Part shown: positions 63,809-64,000 of the stretch, piece after piece
How the letters are laid out: each line of letters begins with the position of its first letter
How positions within the stretch are numbered: the first letter of the stretch is position 1
From: Cyanophora paradoxa CCMP329
Taxonomy: Eukaryota; Plantae; Glaucophyta
NCBI GenBank assembly: GCA_004431415.1
Contig: QPMI01000621.1
Coordinates: forward strand, 62,001-126,000
Length of the DNA stretch: 64,000 bases
Reading direction: 5' to 3'
Made by a program: the position numbers and the translations under genes
Notes under the pieces: model-generated
Told to the model about the DNA's origin: nothing
The model's database searches: none
What the model saw: the letters and a program-made list of their open reading frames with translations, nothing else

Positions 63809-64000
63809 ACTTCGCCACCTACTCACAATCACAGCATCGAGTTGCTCACGAATTTCGGTAGCTATGTAAATCCAAATGCATATGTGCAACAGGGGACAGC
63901 GGATGTAGTTATACCTAATCAAGTTTATACAGTAGGGCAAGTGTTTACAGCATCAGGAACCGTTACGTTTTCTACCCCATATTATAGTGATCCAATAGTT

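Larger units (their letters stand above)
42835..64000. mobile_element. Endogenous Polinton-like virus PLV-2 (right end outside window; left boundary +/- a few bp)
   Basis: AT-rich block with integrase, PolB-helicase, ATPase, MCP, two pentons, patatin and fibres; syntenic (inverted) with PLV-1. Confidence 0.9.
62448..64000 (+). pseudogene. Second fibre-like gene interrupted by a retroposon insertion; continues beyond the window
   Basis: ...KPNLHAV at 63325 resumes after ~63608 as TSGNYDDLINTPNLHAVA repeats and an open frame to 64000. Confidence 0.75.

Overview
Eukaryotic (probably protist) DNA made almost entirely of nested mobile elements. The outer layer is a GC-rich Ty3/Gypsy-type retroelement with one very long polyprotein (unrecognised N-terminal region, RS-rich tract, aspartic protease, RT, RNase H), found in pieces at 1-3341 and 36998-~42834. 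It carries three insertions. (1) A complete 22.9-kb AT-rich endogenous Polinton-like virus (PLV-1, 3342-26256) with 791-bp terminal inverted repeats and a 6-bp CACCCC target duplication; removing the whole insert restores the retroelement frame exactly. (2) A 10.7-kb non-coding giant palindrome or foldback element (26258-36986) sitting exactly on the right terminus of PLV-1, with its own 6-bp CAACAC duplication. (3) A second, related PLV (PLV-2, ~42835 to beyond 64000) inserted just after RNase H. Both viruses share a syntenic virion module: fibre, patatin fused to an F5/8 domain, two head-to-head penton-like genes, an NCLDV-like double-jelly-roll MCP, an A32-like ATPase and a coiled-coil protein. 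Both also have an rve integrase and HNH-AP2 endonucleases. Their replicases differ: PLV-1 has a pPolB lacking motif C, while PLV-2 has a PolB-SF1 helicase-HNH fusion. PLV-2 also encodes a SAM decarboxylase and a fibre with a transmembrane anchor, and one of its fibre genes is interrupted by a short poly(A)-tailed retroposon. Several frameshifts fall in short G/C runs and are probably sequencing errors. All product calls come from motif recognition by eye; no database search was run.
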